From the human T2T-CHM13v2.0 reference genome, Homo sapiens: a stretch of DNA of 64,000 nucleotides. This document shows positions 1 to 12,936 of the stretch, in pieces (position 1 is the first letter of the stretch; the number at the start of each line of letters is the position of its first letter). The stretch lies in the NCBI RefSeq assembly GCF_009914755.1, contig NC_060925.1; one strand, given 5' to 3'. The translations under genes were made by a program, and so were the position numbers. Under the pieces are notes generated by a model. It was not told where the DNA came from and searched no databases. It saw nothing but the letters and a program-made list of their open reading frames with translations.

Positions 1-275
1 ACAAAAATATAAGAAGAATCTTCCATTCTGAATAACTTCATTTATAAAGTTCAAACAAATAAATCTTAACTATGATTGCAGATGTTAGAATAGTGGTTAT
101 GGAGTGGGGTATTAAGTGGGAGAGGATAAGAAGAAATCTGCCTGGTTCCTGGAAATCTTTAATCCTGTGTGGGTGAGGACTACAAGAGTACATACTCATA
201 CAAAATATGTATTCAACTGTGATTAAGGTCCATGCACTTTACTGCTAATTATTTATACCATGCAAAAAAGTAAAT
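1..275 (+). mobile_element. Old L1 (L1MD/ME-type) 3' end fragment
   Basis: Degenerate L1M 3'UTR motifs (gttagaatagtggtta ... tgcactttactg ... ttatacc) ending in an A-rich tract. Confidence 0.55.
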
Positions 276-439
276 AGCTACCTACTCTAAGGTAACATGA
301 ATAAGTCCTTATGTTAGCTTTTGGAAGACATGTTTGTTTAATATTTACATTTATCTTTCTCACTTAGCTCCAAGCTCCTTTGAAAATGATTTTGGAATAT
401 GCTGTAGAAGGCAGGGAGCTGTTGGTATTCACAGCTCAC

Positions 440-1800
440 TGATTTTCCATATGGATAATAAATTAGTTCAGAAATATTTAGGGAAAGGACCATCTTTTCT
501 TCATTATATTGCAGTGTAACTGTGTTTACATCAGTTGACAGCGTGTGTCTCAGGCTGTTTCTGATTTTTGTATTTTTTATGTTTGCCCATTCATCTCCTT
601 GCATCAATACCATACTGTTATAACTACTGTAGCCATATACAATGTAATAAAATTTACCCAACCTGGGATTTAATTTCTTAATTTTTTTTGCTTTGATATC
701 TATCATCATCTTTTGAAACTATGTAGCCATTATCTTTTGAAGTTTTGTTTATCTCCCATGAAGTTTTTCTTCTACTTCTGTGACTTTACTTCCATATAAG
801 TTAGGCTCTTTTTATTTCTTATACGTTCTACTCTGTTTTTTTTTTTTCAGTCCTTATTTCTCTTCACGTTTCCATCTAGATAAGTTTTTCTTGTCTATAT
901 CATTGTCACTAATTCTCTTTTTCTTACTGAATTTCTATAAATACTGATAATTTCAACTCCAAGATTTAAATCTGAGTGGCTTTTAGAAATTCCAGTAACC
1001 TGGCAAAATTATTCATGTTTTCTTTAATGTCTTAACTCTATTAACCATAATTCTGAAAAACATATCTGGGGGTTTGGGGGAAGTCTGGTTTCTCTCTATA
1101 GATAAGTAGATACATATAGATAGCAATACAGATATAGATATGTCTATAATTTAGTCTTGTATGACATGCCTAATAATTTTTATTGAGTACATAAGTTTGG
1201 GTATTATGAATTGTAGAGGTTTTGGATAACATTATATTCTTCCAAAGAGGATGTGATAATTCTCTGGCAGGTTGGTAGAATTTGGGCACATGTTTCTTGT
1301 AGATTTCTGATATGTTCTTTTATAAGGTTAAGGCAGTATCCTTCTATTTTTAGATTGCAAATATGTGTATTTGCGTGTGCAAGTGTGTGTGTAAATATTC
1401 CAAATGTTCATTTTATATGTTCAAAGGTTCTGCGTTTCTATTATATACTGGAATAAATCCTAGATTGTTAAAATTATCACTTTGTTATTGTATTTAGGAT
1501 ATCAGCGTCTTCATGAATGACAGAGATTGCTTTTTAAATATATTTTCTAGTACTTTTCTTCCCTGAATCCGGTGTTAAGATAGTAACTATATAAAGTAAA
1601 TGTTGTATTGATCCTTTCTTCTATTCTCTTTCTATCCCTTGAATGTTTGGCAGAATTAAAGTATAAAATATGTGGGACAAGTTTATATAAATATCTTGGT
1701 GGGATATTTTCACTATTGGCTCAATTTATTTAATGAGTACATATTATTAATTTTCTATTTCTTCATATTTTTCTAGAAAACTATCCATTTCCTCTAAATT
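440..1800 (-). mobile_element. Degenerate old L1 fragments (ORF2/ORF1 region)
   Basis: Minus strand has ORF2-like 'gctacagtagttataacagtatggtattg' (ATVIKTVWYW-like); the plus strand is T-rich as expected for antisense L1. Boundaries approximate. Confidence 0.5.
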
Positions 1801-3869
1801 AACTGTATGCTATGAATCTCTTAGGGGGGAAATCTAAAAGGGAGTTATAGTAAGTTTTTTCATCCTTTTTATTTAAAGGATGTCCTAGGATGGAGAAACA
1901 TTTGTTTGCTTAGGAAAGAAAGGTGATTTTGCATTATTCAGAGATTGATATTGAAGTTTATTTATTGGGCTTTGAATTTATAATCGTAATTTACCAGTAT
2001 TATTTCTAAAACACATGGCATACTAGCACTCATGATTTATAGAGTTTGAATGTTTTGTTTCCTCTGGCTAAATATAAATTGATATTTGATCAAAGTGTGT
2101 CTGGGATTGCAATTAGATCTGTGTAGAAAATTACATAATTATGCAGACATAAATAAGAACATTTCAATCTGAATGAAATTATGAAGGTAGGTTTGCATGG
2201 ATAAACCATTATAATTATGAACCTTTGACATGCCATAGTTGTTTTTACTGAGTTGCTGTCCCCCAAGGCCTTCTTAGGAAAACTAAGGAATGGTTTTGCC
2301 ATGCAGAAAAAAAAGGGGAGATAGAAAATTTAATAATCTAAGACATTATTTAAGAAAAATAATATTTAGTGTTGTGGCAAATAATATTTAAAATTTTTCC
2401 TATACAATACTAAATTAGAAGAAAATGAGAAAATAAAGAAAAAAATGAGGGGAAAAAGTCATTGGATTTGTGGAAGAAAGTCTTGGGTTCCTGTAAGCTT
2501 TATGTTTCTTTATTCTCATTTGTAAAACAAAGTTGGGCTAAAAGATATTTATTATTACTTTATGTTTTGAAATTCTGTGACTCTATGAAATAATATTAAG
2601 TCAAAAATTAAGAACAAAATATATTTGGGTTTCCTATAGATCTTTGTAGAGCTTTGTTTTGTTTTGTTTTTGCCCTGTAGAAGAAAAAAATCAGTCTTAA
2701 TGCAGAGAGTCTATGAAATAGGACGTAGGGATACTAGTGGATAAAATGTAGATACTCTAAAACTGCTAGGCCGCACATTGCAACAATTCCCTTATATAAA
2801 GTTCAGATTCACCTATCTTCCAAGGATTTTCTCCCTGGTTTCATTAAGAAAGTTTTTATTCTTCACTTTGAAGCCATTATCAGTTGGAAAACAATGCAGA
2901 GAATAGCTTAAAATTACATAGCCCTTACTGTTCCCTGTGGGTTCTCAATGTCTGTTTTCCTTCCTTTCTAGTTGTAAAATGTCCTGTGTTGCATGCCAGT
3001 TTTGCTGTGAATTCAGCTATGTCCACATATTGAAATCAGCAAAGCCTGACTCCACCGCCCAGGTCTCTTCACTGCTGTGCTGTTTAAGCCAGTACTCCTT
3101 CACTTCTGAATTTATTTCATCCTATTTGTGGTCTTTTAAGTGAAGACAAAAGTTACTTTCTACAGTGAAGTGCTTCCAGCCAATCTTGGATGTTTTAACC
3201 TCTAAGCAATTATACCCCTGTATGCCTTAAGAAGCAGTTCGGGTCTTTCAAATTGACAATCTGTAACAGATAACTTAAAAAAATAAACCTTTTCGTGGAT
3301 TCCCTCTTCCACAAGTAATATAACTTTTTGATTTGTAAATCTCTAGGCCCTAAAATATTATGAAATATTTCCATGATGATCTCTGGGGTCAAAATAGAAA
3401 AGGTAACATTTGAAACAAAAAGTCATTGATGATATTTACTTCATGGTCCCCAAATAACATTCTTTTTGAATAACAAAAATATTTATCTATGAATAATGAT
3501 GATAAGAAATTGGCTTAAATGTTAAACTTAGATCTGTACAAAAAGAATTAAGAGACATTAATCATATTGATCCTTACAAATGCTATAGATGTTTATATAT
3601 TTTATTAAATACTTGAAATTTTAATCAGTTTCAAAACACCTTTTTATAAATTTGTGGTTTCACTTGAGCATTCTCATAATATATGTATAAAACTCTCATT
3701 TAATTTCAGCAGATTAAAATATATTCATGCAAAAAGATTCAAATAAACTATCCAAATCATTTACATAACAAATACTTCAGTGGCAGGACAAATTTAAGGC
3801 AGAGGGGTATCATATCATATCATGATAAAAGTTGCTTTTACAGATTATCTTATCTTTAAGGACGATTTA

Positions 3870-3949
3870 TTCGGTTAGTGCAAAACTAATTGCCTTTTTT
3901 ATCATCACTTTCAATGGCAAAAACCACAAATACTTTTGCACCAACCTAA
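3870..3949. mobile_element. MADE1 MITE (Hsmar1-derived)
   Basis: 80-bp near-palindrome ttcggttagtgcaaaactaattgc...aaatacttttgcaccaacctaa, flanked by TA at 3868-69 and 3950-51; matches the MADE1 consensus. Confidence 0.92.
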
Positions 3950-4919
3950 TAAAATCTGGACAACATAATGAGATTTTTTCTTTCATTTAAAATTTTGTTT
4001 TACTTAGCACAGGCCTGAAATACTTAGAAATCATCTTACTGCATTAAGAACCATATTGCTGGCCATAAGACATCAACTTGAATAAATTAGCTCATTTCTC
4101 TAGAGTTCCCTATATATTTACTCTCTAGAAGCTATAGGTTGTCGATTCACTGTGCTACGTGCATGAAATACAAAGGTAAATAAAGCATGTTCCCAGCCCT
4201 TGGGGAGTTTTCAATCACATAAGGATGACATACAAATTTAGAGATTTGTAGAGACAATGTAGTAAGTGCAATCATAAAGATATGCTGAAAGATGCTGCAC
4301 TGTATTTCATAATCCACGCTTCAGGTTCCTTATTTGACAAAAAGGTGAACATTTTTCATAGCAATTTAGAAGGATTTACAAAAGTTAACACTGGATATTA
4401 CATTTGGAAAAATATTCTTGAGAGAAGTAGAAAATGCTGTAATTTTGATTATTATAAACCACCACTCTACACTTACAGTAGAAAAATTCTTTAGTCAGAT
4501 TCTCTGATTAGATAGGCTGGGCCTACACATTTATGCTCATTGTATCTCATGGGCCACAAACCAAAATTCTCTGATTATCACTGGCACTGGAATTGAAAAA
4601 AAAAATAGTAATAAAAGTTTATATAATTTATTTCAGAAAAACTCCAGGTGCCTCTCACTCTCATGGTGTCTTTTGTAGAGAAGGACTAAGTATTATTTCT
4701 GAGGCCTAATTATGCTTATTGTTGTTTTTGTTGACAAAATTATGGCTACGATGTTGAAATTTGAATTCTAATCTAGATGTACTGACATACTAAACACTCT
4801 CTATGCTTCTCTTTACTTAACCATATTTTGCTCACTTTATTGATCCAATATGTGATTGAAATATTTTGGGTATGCAAACGTTAAATATGAATATTTTTAT
4901 TTTAAAACATTTTGATCAC

Positions 4920-6775
4920 AAACTAATTAAAAAGCACAAAATTAGCTGAATTAAATTGGAATGTCAAATTTAATATAAAGGATAAATACATCATGACCAT
5001 GTGAATTTTTCCCCCAAGGAAAAAACAATTCATGTAATTCATCATATTAACAGATTGAAAAGAAAAATTAATCAACAAAATCCACCTATTCCTTATAAAA
5101 TCCTCTAGGAAACTAAAATAACTGCTAACTTCTTCAAATTGGTAAAGGGAATTTATAGAAAACCTACATCTAACATTAAGAGTCTAAAATGGGAAAAAGC
5201 GAATACCTCTCCCACAAATGGAAAAAAGATAAAGTTGTTCCCTCTCACAGCTTCTACTTAGCATTGTACAGAAAGTATTAACTATTTCAATAAAGAAAGG
5301 GGGAAAAATCAAATACATAGAAAAAAAGAGGAAAACTATCTTTACCTGCAGAAGAAATCATCTCTGTAGTAAATGTTAAGGACTGCACAAAAGAGCTATT
5401 TTCATGCTTAAATTTAGCTGTATGATTCATTTGAGTTCATTTTTAATATGGTGGGAGTTTTTTTTTAACTTGGATCTATTATATATGAGATATTTCTGGA
5501 CTTTCAGTTTAATTCCATTTTTCTATATGCTTATTGCTTATATTTTTTGTCAATATTACACTGTGCTGATTACTATAGTTTTATAAGAAGTTTGAAATTG
5601 GGTGGCATAATATGGGTTGCCTTAAGGCATAAGATACAGTTTTGATATTGTATCAAAAGTTATTAATATATAAAAATTATTGTATTTTTATAGCTAGAAG
5701 TGGGATATTAGAAGTGAAATTCAGTTTAAAGAAAACACCATTTACAATACCTTTTAAATTAGCATCAAAGACCAGTACCTTTAAAATTATGAAACATTGC
5801 ACAAAGAAATTAAAGAAGAGTTAAGTTAATGGGAAAATACTCTGTGCTCATTTCTCGAAGACTTGGTTTGTTTAAAATGTAATTTCTCCCTAAAATGTTC
5901 TATAGATTTCTTGAAATCCCAATCAAAATCACAGCCGGCTTTCTTAAAGTATAAAATAACTTATATATGTGAAAAGATGAAGAGCATAGGATAAACAAAA
6001 CAATTTTTCAAAGGAGGAAAAAAATGGAGAACTTATGCCACGCAATTTCAAACTTCTTATAAAACTATAGTAATCAGCACAGTGTAATATTGACAAAAAA
6101 TATAAGCAATAAGCATATAGAAAAATGGAATTAAATTGAAAGTCCAGAAATATCTCATATATAAATAGATCCAAGTTAAAAAAACTCCCATCATATTAAA
6201 AATGAACCCAAATGAATCATACAGCTAAATTTAAGCATGAAAATTTGAATAACATAGAAAAAATATTTAGTGATTTTAGGTTAGGCCAAATTCCTTTGCT
6301 ACAAATAATGGAATTATAAAATAAAAATAGTAAGGTTTCAAGAAAATTAGAACTCTTTGCTCTAATAAACACACTAATAGGAAAATGAAGACACAAATCA
6401 CAGAGTCGAAAAAATATTGGCAAAAAGTATATACAATAATGAATTTGTATGCAAAATATATTAAAACATTTTTACAGCTCAGTAATACGACAAGCAACCT
6501 AATAAAGTAAAAGGAACAAATTAGGTACATAAATAGAAAAGAAACACATGAAAAGATTCATAAAATTATTGCTATTAAAACAATGCAAATTAAACAGTAA
6601 CAATAATTTGGGAGTGCCTACTCACTAGAATTGTTAAAATTGAGAAGACTGACAATATCAAGCAGTGTCAAAGATGTGAAAAAACTGGAAATTGCATACA
6701 TTGTTAGTGAAAATGCAAGATGACACAACTTTGTAAAAAAAAATCTGTTTCTTATAAAGTGAAAAATCCATTGTA
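4920..6775 (+). mobile_element. Old L1 ORF2/3' region containing an inverted self-duplication
   Basis: RT-domain remnants (LFADDMI-like at ~5340), 'aaatcccaatcaaaatc' and 'aaaactatagtaatcagcacagtgt'; heavily diverged. Confidence 0.7.
5398..6244. repeat. Long inverted repeat: arms 5398-5610 and 6033-6244
   Basis: Manual reverse-complement alignment gives 4 substitutions and 2 small indels over ~212 bp; spacer ~420 bp. Confidence 0.95.
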
Positions 6776-6779
6776 ATTG

Positions 6780-7145
6780 TAGTTAATGTATAACTGATGG
6801 GTATACAAAATACCATAAAAGTAAAGGTGACCTAAAACAAGAAAAGTAATTGTAGGCCCATTCCATGCTTACGTTTATAATCAGTAGGTGCCCTTCCTTC
6901 CAGCAACTCAGGAACTTGGCTGTTTTCCATCTGTTGGATCTGCCAGTGTCTAGGGCTTTTGTATCCTACACTGATCCTGTGCATTCAGGCAACATATGAA
7001 GGAAGAAAAAGTGTGACAGATTGCTTCTGCGATCATTTTATTTACTTGATGATATGATAGGACCTAACTACAAGGGATGCTAGAAAAATGTAATGTAACC
7101 ATGTTCCCATGATGTAGAGGAAGAGTTTTGATGAATCCTTCACAG
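6780..7145. mobile_element. MLT1J/K-like MaLR LTR (degenerate)
   Basis: Motifs 'actcaggaac..ggctgttttccatct' and 'cctaactacaagggatgctagaaaaatgtaat'. Confidence 0.5.
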
Positions 7146-7648
7146 TATACATCACTATTATAAAATGTACATAATCTCCAAATAGAAATATACCCAAGGA
7201 ATCATTTTCTTTTATTTTCCTAATGCACAAATATCACCCAGTTAGATGCTGCATTATAGAGATTATAGAAAATAACATAAAGACATATTTTATGTGACAA
7301 AGGCCAATTTTCACTTCTGGATCACAAGTAATTAGCTATACAACTGGATTTCTAACTACCGTTAGAAATCAATAAATTGCTGTGTTTCTTATGACCATCT
7401 GTCAATCTTTAGTAATCATATGCATTACTTCTGAGTCACACCAGGCTAAATTCTAAGCCAGCAACTGAGTTAAGAGTTAGATATGAGAAGGGAAAATAAA
7501 TGGTTTTCTTTTTATAGCATAATTCATATCCTTAAATATAAAATAGTTGCAAAAGGGAAAAATTATGAGTAGCTATGTTTAAAAAAGCCTATATATACAT
7601 GAAAGCTTTTATGTGCTTTTCAAAAATTTTTATAAAAATATATAAATA

Positions 7649-7973
<325 letters not shown>

Positions 7974-8024
7974 TTAAAGAGAGAAGTCACTGTTACTTAA
8001 CTTAAAATTTTAGGAAGCATTTTA

Positions 8025-8340
8025 AAAAGTTTTTATTTCCAGATATTTGTAGATTCACGTGCAGTCATAAAAACGATACAGAGAGATCTCAAATATTCTT
8101 TACCTGGTTCTCCCAGTGGTAACATCTTGCAAAACTATAGTGCAGTACCACAACCAGGATTCTTCATGTTGCATATTTACATGATAGCTACATTCTCTTC
8201 CATCCCTCCCTACCCTTTCTCTTGCAACCACTAACCTGTCTTCAATTTCTAAATTTTGTTGTTTCAAGATAGTTATGTAAATGGAACTATATAATATGTA
8301 ACAGTTGGCATTTTTTTCACTCAGCATAATTCCATAGAGA
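8025..8340 (-). mobile_element. L1MC-type 3' end
   Basis: 'aacatcttgcaaaactatagtgcagtaccacaaccaggat' and 'gcaaccactaacctgtcttcaatttcta' are typical antisense L1MC 3'UTR motifs. Confidence 0.7.
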
Positions 8341-10172
8341 TAAAGAGATACAAAACAAGACAAGACAAGACAATACAGAGATGCAATACAAGACGACAAA
8401 TCAATAGATAAAATGGCAACCCTAAATTATATGTCCTCAGTGAAATGTCTTTAAAATACTTTAAACAATAATGGACAAAATGGAAGGAGAAATAGACAAA
8501 TCTACAATCATGTTCAAAGCTTTTAAAACACTTGTTTTATTTTAGTTACTAAGGCAGCAAACAAGCAAAAAAATAGAATATGGGAGATTTGCAATTAATA
8601 AACGATGTAATTGATACTTTTAGAATGTACATACAACAACTGCAGAATACATATTCTTTTCAGGTGAATATAAAACAGCCACAAAATAGAATATGTCTTG
8701 GTCTTCAAAGGAATTAAACTATTACAAAAAGTGGAAATCATTCAGTATTTTCTCTCACTTCATTGGAATTAAAAGAGAAATTAATAATTAAAAGTTAATT
8801 AGAAACTGCTTAAATATGTGAAAATTAAGCAACAAACATAAAATAGCCTATGATTCTAAGAATTAGAAAAGAGAAATTTTTTATGATAATTAAAAGGTGA
8901 CAATAACATTTTGAGATTAAGCTAAAGGAGTTGCTGAAAGGGAAATTTATACATACAAATACACAAATCAGAAAAATAGAAAAGTTTAAAATCAACCTTG
9001 TTTAACTAAAGGAGATACAAAATTATAAAATTATTTTAGATAAAGTCTGGAAAAAGTAAACAATAAATATGTGAATAGAGATCAATTAACTGTGATTTCT
9101 ACTTCTGGTCATGTTATTGACCTTCTGTTATAAAAACTCGGCACTATGTATAAGAAAGCAGTTTTTTGGCATCAGGCTACATGCAGCATAGAACTATGAT
9201 TCCAGAATAACATGGAATCAAATTAGGTAACTAGGCTCTTCTTCTGTGGAAGTACATTCTGGACAGTAAAGTGAGAAGACTGAACCAAGTAAAGTGTCTT
9301 GGTATTGCACAGTTGATTCAAACAGACCAGAGTTTGAGGATGGGGGAGCTTGAATTTATAGGGAAGAATATGGGAAAGGCGGGAGCTACTCTGAGATGCA
9401 GCTTCAGACATCTGCATAAGGATCTGCTTAAATCTGTTACAAAAGAAGTATCTATGCAAGTGTAATTTGAAATCCAGCAGGCCAGGCAGATTATTTCTGA
9501 GGAGCTATCAGCTCAACAATTGTAAGAGCCTCCCAGACCTGGCAGACTCTTGAGTTCCAGTAAATCATTGTGGAGAGGCCTCATGAAACACCCAGGCTGT
9601 TCAACAGGGACTCCAGCTAACTCAGGTCTTAGCAGAGCTAGACTAGCCCTGGAGAAAAGGCTACTTTAAACCTTCCCTAACAAAGTTTGAAAACAAAGCT
9701 TATAATTATTGAATGGATCCACGAGTTACTTAACTCTCTTTCCAAACAAATTCAATATTCTTTAAAAGAAGACCATAAAATCCAAGTGTTAAAGTTAATG
9801 AAGCAGGAACACGGGATCATAACCAGGAGAAAGATCAGACAACAGAAATAGGTCAGAGAGGATAGAGTTGATGGGATTTTAAAATAAGGACTCTAAAAGA
9901 ATTAATATTTAATATAAACATGCACAAGTATTTGGAGGACAAAAACATGAATATGTTGGAAAGGCAAATAGAACATTTTGTAAAATCCTATGACAGATGA
10001 AAAATATAATCTCTCAAATGAAAACCTCAACTGATGAAATTAATAATACATAAAACAGAATAAGAAAAAGAAAGATGTTTGAGCTTAAAAACATAGAAAA
10101 TATCCAAAACGAATCACAGACAGTAAAATACTGAAAAAAGTTAACAATGATCTCATATTAGTCTGTTTAATA

Positions 10173-10657
10173 CAATCACACATTGCTTAATGAAGGGATA
10201 TGTTCTGAGAAATGCGTCCTTACGCGATTTTGTTGCTGTATAAAGACTGTGCACTCAGGCTACAATAAATTTGCAAATAATATTGTTTTCTTCAATAATA
10301 AATTAACAATAGCTTACTGTAACATTTTGACTTTATAAACTTTTCAATTTTTTTAAATTTTTGACTCTTCGATACTACTTAAAACACACATGTAGAATGA
10401 GACAAAATGTTTTATTTCTTCAAATCTTTATTCTATAAGCATTTATTAATTTTAAAATTTCTTTAATTTTGTTTTTACTTGTTAAACATTTTTGTTAAAA
10501 ACTAAGACAGAAACACGCATATTAGCCTAGGCCTACACAGTATCAGAATCATCAAGATGTCACTAGGTGATAAAAATTTTTCATCTCTATTATAATCTTA
10601 TGGGACAATCTGCATATGTGTGGCCTGTCATTGACCAAAACATGTGGCATATGACTG
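10173..10657 (-). mobile_element. Tigger3 (Golem) non-autonomous DNA transposon
   Basis: Termini 'caatcacacattgcttaatgaagggatatgttctgagaaatgcgtc' and 'attataatcttatgggac...gcatatgactg'; TA on the left flank. Confidence 0.85.
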
Positions 10658-10813
10658 CCTATGTGAAATTTGAGTCACAGTGAGTGTGTTAAAAAAAAAG
10701 CACTTAAAGATATATTGTAAATTTTTACCAAATTTGATGAAAACGAGAAATCTTGACGTCGATGAACATCGAATAGATTAAACGCAAGGGAAACTATGGC
10801 AAGGTACATTATT

Positions 10814-10869
10814 ATCAAATTGTGTAAAAACAAGTAAAAAAAAATCAAATTGTGTAAAAACAAGTAAAA
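10814..10869. repeat. Tandem duplication, period 30 bp (atcaaattgtgtaaaaacaagtaaaa x2)
   Basis: Two identical 26-bp cores seen directly. Confidence 0.9.
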
Positions 10870-11413
10870 GCCAGAGATGAACAAAAAAAAATAGAGAAAT
10901 AAATTTAAAAATAAGAAACAAAACAAGCCAGAATATTATGGAATATTTTGAAAGTGCTAGAAGAAAAGACCTGCTACCTCAACATTGTATATTGACATAA
11001 TATATCCTTCAAAATTAAAGGAGGCTTAAATACATTTTATTTAAACAAAACTTTTTTTAGAATGGGTCACTAGCAAATCTAAACAACAATAAATAAAATA
11101 AGAATTTCTTTAGGGAAAAGAAAAGCATATCAAGTGGAAACTTGGAAGGGTGTGGGAACAACAAATATTTAGATAAAAAATGTACTTCTCATTAAAAAAT
11201 GTATCACAAAGCACTGTTTAAAAATAAGATCAATTAGAATATATTGGGAGGTTTGTAACATACATGAAAATAAAAATATTTGAGAAAACAGCACAAAGAA
11301 TGGGGTGAGAAGTATCCTGGTGTAAAGCTCTTACACATTGTGCTTGAATTGGTATAACATTACATGGAGGTCAGCTATAATAAATTAAAGCTGCATTTTG
11401 AAACTCTTATGTA

Positions 11414-11622
11414 TAGGTATAGAAACTTTTCCATAAAGGGTCAGATAGTAAATATTTTAAACTTGCGGGCCATCCATTCTCTGCATCGGCTTCTCAACTA
11501 TGGCATCAAATAGCAGCCTTAGACAATTACACTGACAAGGTAAAGGAATGTGTTTGGCATGTTCCATTAAAACTTAGTTTGTAAATAAGTGATACCTCAA
11601 GGCCATAATGTCCAACCACTGC
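11414..11622. mobile_element. MER58A (hAT-Charlie)
   Basis: 'aaacttttccataaagggtcagatagtaaatatttta..cttgcgggccat' and 'gttccattaaaactt'. Confidence 0.8.
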
Positions 11623-12936
11623 TGTAAAGTAATGACTAAAAATTTCAAACAAATGTTTGAAATTATAAATCAACAAAAGAGATTAAAATTATAAATTTAA
11701 TTCATAAAATGTAACAAATGTTAAATCAGATTAAAGGGTACAAGCAGTAAATGAATAGACTTAAATCCTATAATATTGATGGCTTTATTACACGTAAATG
11801 ACCGAAATACTCAAATTAAAAGGTAGAGATTATCAGACTGAATAAAGAAACAAGGCCCAATCATACTGTCTACAAAAAAAAATCTCATTTTAAATATAAG
11901 GATATAGAGAGGTTAAAAATGAAAGCATGAAATACCTAATAAAAAGAAATTACAATGCCAGTTCCCATATTAATTTCAGGCAAAATAATATTTAAACAAA
12001 GAGCATTGCCAATGATATAAATATTTCCTAATTATAAAGGAGTCAGTTTATCCTGAAGACAAAACAATTCTAAGTATGTGTAAATGCATGTAATAACTAA
12101 ACTTCAAACCATTTGAAACAAAAAGAACTGAAAGAAAAAGGGACAAATATGAAATTAGATTTGGAAATCTTAATAGTCTTTTCCCAGTACTCAATAGTAT
12201 AACAAAAGTGAAATTTATTACGCTTATAGGAGATTTGAACAATACTACTATGATTGATATTTACAGGACACTTCATCCAATGAAACCAGAATACATATTC
12301 TCTCCATATGCACATAAGACATTTGCCAGAAAACCCAAAAAACGAACAAACAAAACATAAGATGAGCAAAAACAAGTTTTCCCCTGCATAAGTTTCAAAT
12401 CATAAACAGTGTGTTGTCCAGTTAATAGTTAAATTAATACTCAATAAGAAAGAAATCTTATTTGAGGAAAAATCATCAAATAGTTGGAGATTAAATAATA
12501 CATTTCTAAATAGCATATGACCAAAAATCAAGTAACAAGGGTAATTAGAAAATAATTTGAAATAAAATTAAAAACAATTACATAACATATCAAAAATCAT
12601 GAGGTATAGCTACAACAGGGCTTAGAAAATTTTTTATAACTTTAGATGCTTATATTTGACAAGAATAAAATGATCTAAAATCAGTAATGTAAATTTTCAC
12701 CATAAGGAGATAGAGAATGTAGTGCAAATTAATCTCTTAATAATAAAAAAAATTTAGAGATGAGTAGAATTTAATAAAATAGGGATGGAAAAATAATAAT
12801 CAAAACCAGAAGCTCTTCTGTTTCTTAAAGATTAATAAAATTGATAAACTTCTTGATCATGAACAAAGGAGGAAATCACACACTGCCAATATTAGGAACA
12901 GCTATTACAAATATTAAGTGTATAAAAATGAAACCC

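Larger units (their letters stand above)
8400..12935 (+). mobile_element. Old L1M fragments (ORF2 piece, 5' region, ORF1, endonuclease region), interrupted by Tigger3 and MER58A
   Basis: Endonuclease-region motifs 'tactcaaattaaaaggtagagattatcagactgaataaag', 'agaatacatattct' and 'aaggagaaatagacaaatctacaatc'; A-rich sense strand; no open frame. Confidence 0.7.

Noticed and set aside
338-709. 123-aa minus-strand ORF
   Set aside because: Off-frame read of a decayed L1 ORF2 fragment.
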